From contig OY969695.1 of NCBI GenBank assembly GCA_963701965.1, positions 736,001 to 800,000 of the forward strand: a DNA stretch of 64,000 bases. Direction: 5' to 3'. A program made the position numbers and the translations under genes. The first letter of the stretch is position 1, and every line of letters begins with the position of its first letter. The notes under the pieces were generated by a model. The model searched no databases, was not told the DNA's origin, and saw only the letters and a list, made by a program, of their open reading frames with translations. The stretch comes from an uncultured Gemmatimonadales bacterium (GTDB lineage: Bacteria; Gemmatimonadota; Gemmatimonadetes; Gemmatimonadales; Gemmatimonadaceae). Below are positions 49,832 to 59,473 of the stretch, piece after piece.

Positions 49832-52480
49832 ATGCTTACCAGCAACCGGAGTGCGGTGCGGTACTCTGCCATAACGCTCGCCCTTTTGTGCGCCGTCCGT
49901 CCACTCGGCGCGCAAGACCGCGGCCGAGGGCCGCACGCGGAGCCCGCTCCTGGACGCATCGTGCCTGCGCCCGCTCCCCCGACGGCTGACCTACCCGAGT
50001 CGGTGACGGTTGTCCCGGAACCCGAGTACCGGGCCCGGTGGTGGCGCGTGCTGTTCAACGGGGCACATTATCGCGATCTCTGGGCGACCCCGATCCGGGT
50101 TCCCGTCATCGATCTCGCGCGCTACGGCGGAGGGCTCACGCCGGTCGAGACCGGCGGAGGCCAGCAGACGATCTCCCTGCATCTCAAGGGTGCCGACGGC
50201 ATCGAGTACGTCCTGCGTTCGGTCGACAAGCGACCGAAACTCCCGGAGGAACTCCACCGGACGGTGGTCGAAGATGTCGTCCGGGACGAGATCAGCGCGA
50301 CCCATCCGTCGGCCGCACTCGTCGTCGCGCCGCTGCTCGATGCGGCCGGAGTCCTGCACGTCAAGCCGTCGCTCGTCGTGATTCCCGATGATCCGCGTCT
50401 GGGGCCATACCGCGCCGAGTTCGCCGGGATGCTGGCCGAGCTCGAAGGACGCCCCAAGACGAAGGACGGCGAGGAAGGGTTCGAGGGCGCGTCGAAGGTC
50501 GAGAAGACGGAAAAACTGTTCGGCGACCTCAATATCAGCGCATCCAATCGCGTCGACGCGCGCGGCTACCTCACGGCGCGCCTCATGGACTTTTACGTCG
50601 GCGACTATGATCGCAATGCCTCGCAATGGCGGTGGGCCCGATTCGGCGGCAAGGACGACCGGCTGTGGAGGCCGATCCCGCTCGACCGCGACTGGGCGTT
50701 CATGCGCTCGGACGGCCTGCTCTCCGCCGCCGGGCGTATGGAGATTCCGCAGCTGCTCGTGTTCGGCCCCAAGTATCCGGACCTGCTCGGGCTGACGTAT
50801 GAGGAATGGGACCAGGACCGGCGACTCCTCCAGTCCCTCGAGCGTCCCGTGTTCGATTCGGTCGCGCGCTGGCTGCAGCGCGCGCTGACGGACTCGGTGA
50901 TCGCCGACGCGGTCGCCCACATGCCCGTCGAAGAGCAGGCCAAGGGTGCCCCACCGATGATCGCCGCGCTCCGGGCTCGACGCGCGCAGCTTCCGGCAAT
51001 CGCCGACGCGTTCTATCGCCAGATGGCGTGGGACGCCGATGTGCATGCGACCACCGAGGCATCGATCATCGCGATCGCGCGCCGGCCCGACACCCTGGAG
51101 ATCCGGATGCGCCGCGGCGACGCCGACACCACGGATCCCTATTTCGTGCGCCGCTTCGTGCGTGGGGAGACGCACGAGGTGCGGATCTATCTCGACGGCG
51201 GCCCCGATCGTATCACCTTACACGGCGACGACAATGGCGTGAACCTGCGCGTCATTGCGGGAGCCAACGGCGATACGCTGACCGACTCGGCGACCGATCG
51301 CGCCGGGAAGACCATCGTGTACGACAACGACCATCCGGTGCAGATCGCGGACGGGGTGCGCGCTCCCGCAGTCGACAGTCGGCACTGGCAGCGGCCCAAG
51401 ACCGTGCCGGGGCCGTTGGACCGCGATGTGGGACAATGGTGTGTGACGCTTCCCGGCGCCCAGGGCGGATCCGACGCGGGCGCCGCCATCGGCCTGACCC
51501 TGACCTGCGACGAGTTCGGGTTTCGCCGGAGTCCGTGGGCGCTGGAGAATGCCATTTCAGTGGGCTACGTCACCGGCACGGGCGGGGGCTCGATCGACTA
51601 TCTGGGCCAGCTCCGCCCGGTGGGCGGTCACGAGATCTGGTCCCTGCATGCGACGGCGGTCAGCTCGCAGTTCAACTGGTTCTTCGGGATGGGGAACAAC
51701 ACGACGTTCAACAACAGTTCGAACGCTGGCGAGACCTTTTACCGCGGGCGGCAGTTGTACGCCGAGCTCAATCCCGGCCTTACGATCCCGTTCGACCGCT
51801 ATACGACGGTCACCGTCTCGCCGTACGTGCGGTACTGGGACACCAGCGTGTTGGGCGGGTTCATCAATGCTACACGCCCGTACGGCGTTGGTCCGTTCGG
51901 ATCGATTGGGGCCACGGTCGAGACCCGGTTCGACACGCGCGACACGACGACGTACGCGACCCGGGGGTTCTTCCTGCACGTGACCGGTCGGGCGACTCCC
52001 GCCGTGTGGAATGTGCAGGATCCGTATGGCAAGGTGCGGGCGACCGCGACGACGTATCTGACCGCCGGCGCGCTGCCGTTCCACCCGACGCTCGCGCTGC
52101 GCGTCGGTGGCGAGAAAGTCTGGGGCATGGCGCCATTCCAGGATCTCGCGCACATTGGCGCCGACGCGCCGGGCGAGCCATCCAGCGTTCGGGGCTACAT
52201 CGCCGACCGATTCACGGGCAACGCGGCAGCATTTGGCAACGCCCAGCTCGAGGTTCCCCTGGGTCGGCCGAAGCTCCTGGTCCCGACCGAGGTCGGCCTG
52301 CTGGCGATCAATGACATCGGGCGCGTCTTCGTGCCGAATGATGTCCCGTCGCACTGGCACGATGGCGTCGGCGGCGGATTCTTTCTCGCGCCCGTCGATC
52401 GACGGTTCACCGCGAGCGCCACGCTCGTTCACGGGACGGATGGGACACGACTCTACTTCGGGTCTGGGCTTGGACTTTAG
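49832..52480 (+). CDS. Outer membrane protein: kinase-like passenger plus Omp85/BamA-type barrel
   Basis: Signal peptide; GGGQQT, DYDRNASQW, PLDRD; C-terminal FDTRD, VRGY, DIGRV, GGG barrel motifs. Confidence 0.75.
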   Translation: MLTSNRSAVRYSAITLALLCAVRPLGAQDRGRGPHAEPAPGRIVPAPAPPTADLPESVTVVPEPEYRARWWRVLFNGAHYRDLWATPIRVPVIDLARYGGGLTPVETGGGQQTISLHLKGADGIEYVLRSVDKRPKLPEELHRTVVEDVVRDEISATHPSAALVVAPLLDAAGVLHVKPSLVVIPDDPRLGPYRAEFAGMLAELEGRPKTKDGEEGFEGASKVEKTEKLFGDLNISASNRVDARGYLTARLMDFYVGDYDRNASQWRWARFGGKDDRLWRPIPLDRDWAFMRSDGLLSAAGRMEIPQLLVFGPKYPDLLGLTYEEWDQDRRLLQSLERPVFDSVARWLQRALTDSVIADAVAHMPVEEQAKGAPPMIAALRARRAQLPAIADAFYRQMAWDADVHATTEASIIAIARRPDTLEIRMRRGDADTTDPYFVRRFVRGETHEVRIYLDGGPDRITLHGDDNGVNLRVIAGANGDTLTDSATDRAGKTIVYDNDHPVQIADGVRAPAVDSRHWQRPKTVPGPLDRDVGQWCVTLPGAQGGSDAGAAIGLTLTCDEFGFRRSPWALENAISVGYVTGTGGGSIDYLGQLRPVGGHEIWSLHATAVSSQFNWFFGMGNNTTFNNSSNAGETFYRGRQLYAELNPGLTIPFDRYTTVTVSPYVRYWDTSVLGGFINATRPYGVGPFGSIGATVETRFDTRDTTTYATRGFFLHVTGRATPAVWNVQDPYGKVRATATTYLTAGALPFHPTLALRVGGEKVWGMAPFQDLAHIGADAPGEPSSVRGYIADRFTGNAAAFGNAQLEVPLGRPKLLVPTEVGLLAINDIGRVFVPNDVPSHWHDGVGGGFFLAPVDRRFTASATLVHGTDGTRLYFGSGLGL

Positions 52481-52483
52481 GCG

Positions 52484-53065
52484 CTAGGCCTCCTGACCTT
52501 GCTTGTTCCACCCGTGGAAACGCGACAAGTCACCCGCATCCCATGCCGCGCGCAGTCCAGGGGTACTCAGGTCCCAGTCCGGGCGGATCTCGCGCGTCAC
52601 CGCGCGCAGGTCGTGCCACAGATCGACGACCGACGGGCGTCCCCAGAACCAATAGCCGTTGTAGACGCTGGAGATCACGAGACCAGGCTTGAGCACGAAC
52701 GTGTGCGGAATCATCGCGTTGTGCTCAGGGTCCGTGTACTCCTGGATATCCAGATCCTTCTGAATGGTCCGCTCGACGTCGGAAAGGAACGTCCACGGAG
52801 CGCCGAGGGACGCGCGGAATTCCTGGAGCGTGTGGTGGTCGTCGGTGGTGATCGTGACGATCTGCGTGTACGCCACGGCGATCTTGGGATAGAACGCCGC
52901 GAGCTCCAGATGCTGCTGGTGCTCCTTAGGGCAATAGTGGCCACGCGCGAGCGTGAGGATCAACGGATCGTCCCCCTGGAGCTCGCTGAGCTTGCGCCGA
53001 TGCTCCGTGTGATCAGGCAGCTCGTAGTCGGGAAAGACGCCCCCCGGAACAATATCAGAGCGCAT
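52484..53065 (-). CDS. AhpC/TSA redoxin-domain protein
   Basis: FPDYELPD, RGHYCP, FLSD. Confidence 0.82.
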   Translation of the reverse strand: MRSDIVPGGVFPDYELPDHTEHRRKLSELQGDDPLILTLARGHYCPKEHQQHLELAAFYPKIAVAYTQIVTITTDDHHTLQEFRASLGAPWTFLSDVERTIQKDLDIQEYTDPEHNAMIPHTFVLKPGLVISSVYNGYWFWGRPSVVDLWHDLRAVTREIRPDWDLSTPGLRAAWDAGDLSRFHGWNKQGQEA

Positions 53066-53073
53066 CGGCGCGA

Positions 53074-53517
53074 TTAGCTATAGAGGTCGAGCGGCGAGGC
53101 GGTAAACGTCGTCTGACCAACTTCAATGAGATACCCGTCCGGGTCCCGGATATAGCATCGGATTTCCGAGACGTGTACTTTCGGCGCGGTAATGAACGTT
53201 GCGCCCCGGGAACGCCACATTTCGTAGAATCGCGCGATATCCGTGACCCTCAGGTTCATGAAGCCGCTCAGCTCGTTGGGATGCTGCGGCGGCGTCGCAA
53301 TGACCTCGGGCTTGTCGTCGGTGGGGCCGCCGCCGACATTGATGCTGAGCCACATGTTGCCGAGTCGCAGATAGGCCGGCTCTCCCAGGGATGCGTCGGC
53401 CTCACGCAATACCGTGGCGCCGAACACGTCGCGGTAAAAGGCTTGCGAGCGCGCGATATCGGCGACGATGAGCGTCATAGTGACCACGAATTCGGGCTGG
53501 GAATGCATTGAGGGCAT
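53074..53517 (-). CDS. VOC/glyoxalase-family protein
   Basis: VADIARSQAFYRDVFG, IRDPDGYLIEV. Confidence 0.88.
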   Translation of the reverse strand: MPSMHSQPEFVVTMTLIVADIARSQAFYRDVFGATVLREADASLGEPAYLRLGNMWLSINVGGGPTDDKPEVIATPPQHPNELSGFMNLRVTDIARFYEMWRSRGATFITAPKVHVSEIRCYIRDPDGYLIEVGQTTFTASPLDLYS

Positions 53518-53869
53518 GATGGCACAGAAGAGCGCGGGGATAGATCCGAGTATCCGACCGAGTGGCGACGGCTGCGTAGAGTGCCTGGCGACAGGCGGTT
53601 GGTGGTTGCACCTGAGGCGTTGTGCGGAGTGCGGACACATCGGCTGCTGCGACACATCGCCGAGCCAACATGCGACCGCACACCATCACGCGACCGGCCA
53701 CCCCATCATAGCGAGTTTCGAGCCGGGCGAGGAGTGGTTCTACGATTACCGCACACAGGGCTTCGTTGACGGTCCTTCCGTCGCCCCACCGCGTTGGCAC
53801 CCGGCGACCCAACCGGTGCCAGGCCCGCAGGGTAAAGTCCCCCGCGACTGGCAGTCACGCCTCCATTAG
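53516..53869 (+). CDS. UBP-type zinc-finger protein
   Basis: CVEC..LRRCAECGHIGCCDTSP..HATAH..SFEPGEEW. Confidence 0.88.
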   Translation: MMAQKSAGIDPSIRPSGDGCVECLATGGWWLHLRRCAECGHIGCCDTSPSQHATAHHHATGHPIIASFEPGEEWFYDYRTQGFVDGPSVAPPRWHPATQPVPGPQGKVPRDWQSRLH

Positions 53870-54624
53870 TCGAGGGGCGCCAGCGCATGGCCCATCGGCG
53901 CGCTCGGGATCCGCATTGGCCCGGCAAAGGGCTCGCTCATTCCCAGGATGAGGAAGATCGCGGCGGAAGCCGACAAGGCCACGACGAACAAGACCGCCAC
54001 GACGGTCAGGTTGAGGCGCGAGAATAGACTGAAACTCATGAAGATCATCGTCAGCCAGAAGACCAACACGACCAGAAACGGCATCGGAATCGAGTTGCGG
54101 GAGTGCTCGAACAGAAGCATGCGCGTCCGCGCCATTTCGGTGCTGATCCCTATGACGCGACCTTTGAGCGAGGTTTGCGCGTCATTCTTCGGCGCGAGTT
54201 TCTGAATCTCCGCAAAGGCCGCTTCTCCCGCGGCCGTGGCTTGGAACGGCCCCGCCGAAGCGCCGTCGCGGCGGTCCGCCTGCCAGATCCGTTCGACCAT
54301 CGGACCAACCGCATCCCGGAGATGACCGCGCGCCGTGTTGGCCTCCGGCCCGTATTGCTTGAGCAGAAGGTCGAGCAAGACGATATCGGCGGTCATCTCC
54401 CGCACTTGATTGCTCTGCGCGTCATAGGAACTCTTCGCCGATGCGATGAGGAGGCCGAGCACCAGAGCCGACATGGTTCCGACGAGTCCGGCACCCAACT
54501 TCACCACCTCCCGGGTATCCTCGGTGAGTACGCGGCCAGGCAGCACGTTGCGAAGGAGAGCCCCGACGAATGCTCCGCCCATCATGACGGCAAAGACGAG
54601 CAAGGATAAGCCAGTGCTGCTCAC
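53866..54624 (-). CDS. DUF4239-like membrane protein
   Basis: ALVLGLLIASAKSSYD, YGPE, PFAG. Confidence 0.75.
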   Translation of the reverse strand: MSSTGLSLLVFAVMMGGAFVGALLRNVLPGRVLTEDTREVVKLGAGLVGTMSALVLGLLIASAKSSYDAQSNQVREMTADIVLLDLLLKQYGPEANTARGHLRDAVGPMVERIWQADRRDGASAGPFQATAAGEAAFAEIQKLAPKNDAQTSLKGRVIGISTEMARTRMLLFEHSRNSIPMPFLVVLVFWLTMIFMSFSLFSRLNLTVVAVLFVVALSASAAIFLILGMSEPFAGPMRIPSAPMGHALAPLD

Positions 54625-54643
54625 GATAGGCTTGACCTCACCG

Positions 54644-55840
54644 TCACAACACGACCTTGACCAACCGATCGAGCAGGTCCGCCATGGAAATCATCGTCAA
54701 CAAGAGCGGCGCGACCGGCAGGAGCGTCACGATCGCGAGTTGGGCCATCATCGTGAGAGTGAAGGGCACCCATCTCATGCCGTTGACCACCTCGAAGCTG
54801 TTACTCAGGTCGGCGAGCGACTGGATGTCGGGACTGCCGACGAAGGGCTCGTCCGCTGGTGCGCCGCCGCGCAACCACTTCCGGTCGTACTCGCGCACGT
54901 ACCGCGCCGCCAGAATGCCGTGCTGGCGCAGACCCCGGCGATGCGCGGCTTCGAGCTGGGGCGTGAATACGAGCATCGGGCCGAGGATCGCCAGCACCAT
55001 CAGGGCGACGAGGCCGGCGAGCTCCACCTTGAACTGTGGCAGACTCGCGCCGGCGTTCAGGATCCGGCCGGCAATCAACCCGGCCAACACCGTCCCTTGA
55101 GCCAGTAACACGGGCAGAAACGCGTATCGCACTGCGGCCAGGAACCCCAGGCCGCCGAAGCGGTCTGGATGCATCGGCATGAGCTCGAGCTCGATACGCG
55201 ACACGCGCCACAGGAAGCGCGCCCAGATGAGGAACCGGAAGTACCAGCGCAGCAGCAGAAATCCCCAGAGCGGCAGGCTCACGCATTCGAGCCACCAGCC
55301 GGCCCAAGTGAGCCGCAGGCCGCCATCGGCCGGCGCCTCGTACCAGTTCGGCGCATCGAGCCCCACCCGCGAGCGCCAGACGAACCACGCCCAGATGTAC
55401 ACGACGACCAGCAGCACCAATTCCGCCACGACCGAATTGCGCAGCCGCATCGCTGAAGCGATCGCCGCGTCGAACGTGGGACGCGCGGTGTCGGGAATCA
55501 GGCCCCGATCCACGAACTGGCGAACCACAGCGGCGATCCGGCGGTGGACCACCAGCTCGGCCACGATCAAGAGCGGCACTGCCACGAGGAGGCGCACGTG
55601 CACATCGACGTCCCTGAGGAACGGCAGCGGGACCCGTCCGCCCCACGCGTGACCCTCCGCGATCGACAACACGAGCAGGGGCGCCCACGCCAACAGCGTG
55701 AGCACGACAACACGACGCCGTAGCAGCTCCAGCGTGTGCCCGACGAGGTGAGTCCGGCGCCAGGCCTGATAGAGCGGCCCGCCAAGGACCAGCGAGAAGG
55801 CAGCCGGATCCTCCGCGAGCGGTTCGATGACTTCGCTCAC
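54644..55840 (-). CDS. Conserved-looking membrane protein
   Basis: FSLVLGGPLY, HPDRFGGLGFL, DIQSLADL; multiple TM segments. Confidence 0.7.
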   Translation of the reverse strand: MSEVIEPLAEDPAAFSLVLGGPLYQAWRRTHLVGHTLELLRRRVVVLTLLAWAPLLVLSIAEGHAWGGRVPLPFLRDVDVHVRLLVAVPLLIVAELVVHRRIAAVVRQFVDRGLIPDTARPTFDAAIASAMRLRNSVVAELVLLVVVYIWAWFVWRSRVGLDAPNWYEAPADGGLRLTWAGWWLECVSLPLWGFLLLRWYFRFLIWARFLWRVSRIELELMPMHPDRFGGLGFLAAVRYAFLPVLLAQGTVLAGLIAGRILNAGASLPQFKVELAGLVALMVLAILGPMLVFTPQLEAAHRRGLRQHGILAARYVREYDRKWLRGGAPADEPFVGSPDIQSLADLSNSFEVVNGMRWVPFTLTMMAQLAIVTLLPVAPLLLTMISMADLLDRLVKVVL

Positions 55841-55947
55841 GTCGCCAACTACAAGCACAAGGCGAGCCACAGGCCACATCGCCAGAGCAAGAGCCGTCGG
55901 CCTCGGCTACGGACTGGTCGTCGGGCGGCGCCATAGGGCGCCGGTCG

Positions 55948-56989
55948 TCACGTCAGTTCGGCCTCTTTGCCGTGAAACTTCCCGTAGCGCTCGACCGCAC
56001 GGGCGAGCGCCGCGGTCTCGCGGCCGGTGAGACGGCGGAACGGAGTCACGGCGACAGTGACGGTGTGGTCGGCGATCCTGCGCCCCCACGTACCGACGAC
56101 CCGGCCGTCGATCACCACCGTGTGCGTGAAGAGGAGATCCTTCTGCTCGCGATCATATATCGCACTGCGGTCCGCGTAGGCGACGATGAACTCGTCGTAG
56201 TTCGGAAGCAAATGCGCCCGCGGGCCACGGAGGGCGGGCACCGACTGCGGACCCCACGAGTACGCCTGGCCGTCAATGGTCCCTGACGCCAGCTCCGATC
56301 CCACGATCGCCAATCCTCGCTTGGCTTGAGCGACGGTCAGGCCCGACCACCAGGCGAAATCCTTGACGGTCGCCGGGCCATGACTGACGAAGAACCGCCG
56401 GGTCAGCGCCGCGAGTGCTTCATCGCGTTCGATCGGCTTCCCCGGTGGCACCCGTTCGTCCAACAACGCATACATCTCGATGCGCGCCATTCACGGCACC
56501 GCTACAGACCACGCCGTCCAACTCGGCGCGCAGCAACAGGTAACTCACCGCGCGCTTGTCGACCTTCCCCAGCACGCGCGCCAGCTCGACCCGCGTCAGT
56601 TGCCGCCCACCCTCGAGCGCCCGCGCAATGGCGGCGTGACTGCGACGGAATGACGCGGCATCAAGGCCCAACTGGCGAAACGGGCCCGCGCATGCGGCGA
56701 GCACGCGGGACGCGGTCAGCGAGAGCATCCAGCGAATGTCCGCCGGTAACACCAGGTGCCACGTGGGACGCAAGACGTGCGTCCGGAGGATGGCGCCTTG
56801 GTTGAACGCACGCTCGACATCGCTATTCGTCAGTGCCGAGGTCCGCTGGGCAACCGCCCACTTCACGGCCGGGAGGTCCTGCGCCTGCACCGCACCGAGC
56901 CAGCCGACCACATCCTCGGCCCGCTCGAACCGCGGCTCAACGAGCGAGTGACAGTAGAGTCGCCGCGCGACGATCTTGGTCAGCGTCAT
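55948..56989 (-). CDS. AlkZ/YcaQ (HTH_42) winged-helix DNA glycosylase family (frameshift near 56480)
   Basis: AVQAQD, RTHVLRPTWH; HGPATVKDFAWWSGL, LLPNYDE. Confidence 0.85.
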
Positions 56990-57070
56990 GGTCCGCGGAA
57001 GGCTGGGCACGTCGGGAAAAGCTAATGTGTCGCCAACGGCGCTAAGTTTGTCAGGAGCAGGTGACGCCGC

Positions 57071-58021
57071 ATGAGCCGACGCGGGAGACACTTCATCATG
57101 ATTGTCGGCGCGCTCGCAACAGCCGTGTGCGCCGGGGGAGCAGGCCTGCTCCGTGACCCGCTGCCTCACTTCCTGTCGCGTCGGTCTTCACTCGTCGCGG
57201 CAGAGGCCGCACCGGCAGTTATGGACTCGTCCGGCGTGCTCACGCCAGTCCACCTCACGGCCGTAAGCGGCCTCGAGGTCGATCTCACGGTGCGGCGACC
57301 GCACGGAGCACCCGACGGGGCGCGCCTCCCGCTGATGGTCATTCTCGGCGGACATCTGAACGGGCGCGATGCCGTGCGACTCCTGGGCGAGACGCCTGGC
57401 GTCGTCGTCGCCACGCTTTCGTACCCGTTCACCGGTGATCCGCGCCCGAGCGCTACCACCTTTCTCCGCCAGATCCCCCAAATCCGCGCGGCATTCCTGG
57501 ACACGCCTCCGGCGATCATGGTCGCCGTGGACTACCTCCTGACGCTGTCGTTCGTGGATGCATTGAGAGTCGAGATGATCGGCGTGAGCCTCGGCGCCCC
57601 ATTCGCGACGATCGCGGGTGCGCTCGACCACCGGTTTCAGCGCGTGTGGGTGCTCCACGGATCTGGTGGGTCGTTCCGCCCGCTGAACTCCAACATGCGA
57701 CCGACGATCCGGTTCGCCCCGGCGCGCATCGTCGCGGCGTTCGTCGCCAACGTCGTCATCGCCGGGCCACGTCTCGACCCCGTTCGGTGGGCGCCGCGCA
57801 TCGCGCCACGCCCGTTCATCATGGTGAACGCCGCGTCCGATGAGCGGCTGCCGCGCGAGTCGGTCGAGGCCCTCTACCGGAGCGCCCGCGAACCCAAGGA
57901 GCTCCTGTGGCTGGAGGGCAAGCACATCCACGGCGACCCGGCAACCATTCGCCGACTGGTGAGCATCGTGACGTCCCGCGTCGCACCCGCCGCCCGCGGA
58001 GCCACGTCATGCTTTCGCTGA
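57071..58021 (+). CDS. Alpha/beta hydrolase, membrane-anchored
   Basis: GVSLG nucleophile elbow, D and H downstream. Confidence 0.75.
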   Translation: MSRRGRHFIMIVGALATAVCAGGAGLLRDPLPHFLSRRSSLVAAEAAPAVMDSSGVLTPVHLTAVSGLEVDLTVRRPHGAPDGARLPLMVILGGHLNGRDAVRLLGETPGVVVATLSYPFTGDPRPSATTFLRQIPQIRAAFLDTPPAIMVAVDYLLTLSFVDALRVEMIGVSLGAPFATIAGALDHRFQRVWVLHGSGGSFRPLNSNMRPTIRFAPARIVAAFVANVVIAGPRLDPVRWAPRIAPRPFIMVNAASDERLPRESVEALYRSAREPKELLWLEGKHIHGDPATIRRLVSIVTSRVAPAARGATSCFR

Positions 58022-58042
58022 TGGCTCCTGGCAATAGATTTT

Positions 58043-59164
58043 ATGGGCATGAGTAGCGTCCGAGTTCTCGTGGGCACCCGTAAGGGTGCATTCGTCCTCA
58101 CGTCGGACGGTGGTCGACGGCGGTGGGATGTCAGTGGCCCGTTCTTCGGCGGCTGGGAGATGTACCATGTCAAAGGTTCGCCCGCCGATCCGAACCGGAT
58201 CTATGCGTCGCAGTCACTCTCCTGGTTCGGCCAGCAGGTCCAGCGATCCGACGACGGCGGTCGGACATGGACGCCGGTCGGCAACAAGTTCACGTACGAT
58301 GGAGTGCCCGCTACGCACCAGTGGTACGACGGCACGCCGCACCCATGGGAGTTCAAGCGCGTCTGGCACCTGGAGCCATCGCTCACCGACCCGAACACGG
58401 TCTTCGCCGGCGTGGAGGATGCGGGTCTGTTCCGATCCATGGATGGCGGCGCCACATGGCAGGAGCTCAGTGGACTGCGCGGTCATGGCACGGGCCCCCA
58501 GTGGCAACCCGGCGCGGGCGGCCTGTGCTTGCACACGATTCTCCTCGATCCGACGAAACCAGACAGGATCGTGATCGCGATATCGGCGGCCGGCGCCTTC
58601 CGCTCCGATGACGGCGGGGCGAGCTGGAAGCCGATCAATCGGGGGTTGCGCTCGCAGCACATCCCCGACCCGGCGGCCGAAGTCGGTCATTGTGTACACC
58701 ACATCGCCATGCACCGGGGGCGACCCGACGTGCTGTTCATGCAGAAGCACTGGGACGTCATGCGCAGCGACGACGCCGGCGACTCGTGGCGCGAGATCAG
58801 CGGCACGCTGCCGACCGATTTCGGGTTCGCGATCGACGTCCACGCCCACGAGCCGGACACCGTGTACGTCGTCCCGATCAAGAGCGACTCGGAGCATTAT
58901 CCGCCAGACGGGAAACTCCGCGTATACCGGAGTCGCGCCGGCGGTGATGAATGGGAGGCACTGACAAACGGGTTGCCGCAGCGTGATTGCTACGTGAACG
59001 TGCTGCGCGATGCGATGGCCGTCGACACGCTGGATCACTGCGGCGTGTACTTCGGCACTACGGGGGGCCAGGTCTACGCATCGTCGGACGCGGGCGACAC
59101 CTGGAGCGCGATCGTCCGCGACCTGCCGGCGGTGTTGTCCATCGAGGTGCAGACGCTCTCGTGA
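58043..59164 (+). CDS. BNR/Asp-box beta-propeller protein
   Basis: VLVGTRKG, repeated SDDGGxxW boxes. Confidence 0.88.
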   Translation: MGMSSVRVLVGTRKGAFVLTSDGGRRRWDVSGPFFGGWEMYHVKGSPADPNRIYASQSLSWFGQQVQRSDDGGRTWTPVGNKFTYDGVPATHQWYDGTPHPWEFKRVWHLEPSLTDPNTVFAGVEDAGLFRSMDGGATWQELSGLRGHGTGPQWQPGAGGLCLHTILLDPTKPDRIVIAISAAGAFRSDDGGASWKPINRGLRSQHIPDPAAEVGHCVHHIAMHRGRPDVLFMQKHWDVMRSDDAGDSWREISGTLPTDFGFAIDVHAHEPDTVYVVPIKSDSEHYPPDGKLRVYRSRAGGDEWEALTNGLPQRDCYVNVLRDAMAVDTLDHCGVYFGTTGGQVYASSDAGDTWSAIVRDLPAVLSIEVQTLS

Positions 59165-59457
59165 TTCGCGTCGTGCTTCCCCACCATCTGCGGACGCTGG
59201 CCAGCGTCAATGACGAGGTAGCGCTCGACGTCGTAGGCCAGGCTACGCAACAGTCGATCCTCGACGCGCTCGAAGCGCGCTACCCAGTGCTCAAGGGCTC
59301 GATACGCGACCACGATACGCGGCGCCGGCGCCCGCTCGTCCGGTTCTTTGCGTGCGCGGACGACGTCTCGCACCGGCCGCCCGACGAGCCACTGCCCGAG
59401 GCCATCGCCTCAGGGGCCGAGCCTTTTCTCATCATCGGCGCCATCGCCGGCGGCTAG
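59161..59457 (+). CDS. MoaD/ThiS ubiquitin-like protein
   Basis: C-terminal AIAGG; GTGA overlap with propeller gene. Confidence 0.88.
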   Translation: MIRVVLPHHLRTLASVNDEVALDVVGQATQQSILDALEARYPVLKGSIRDHDTRRRRPLVRFFACADDVSHRPPDEPLPEAIASGAEPFLIIGAIAGG

Positions 59458-59473
59458 CTCGAGGACCGGCCGA

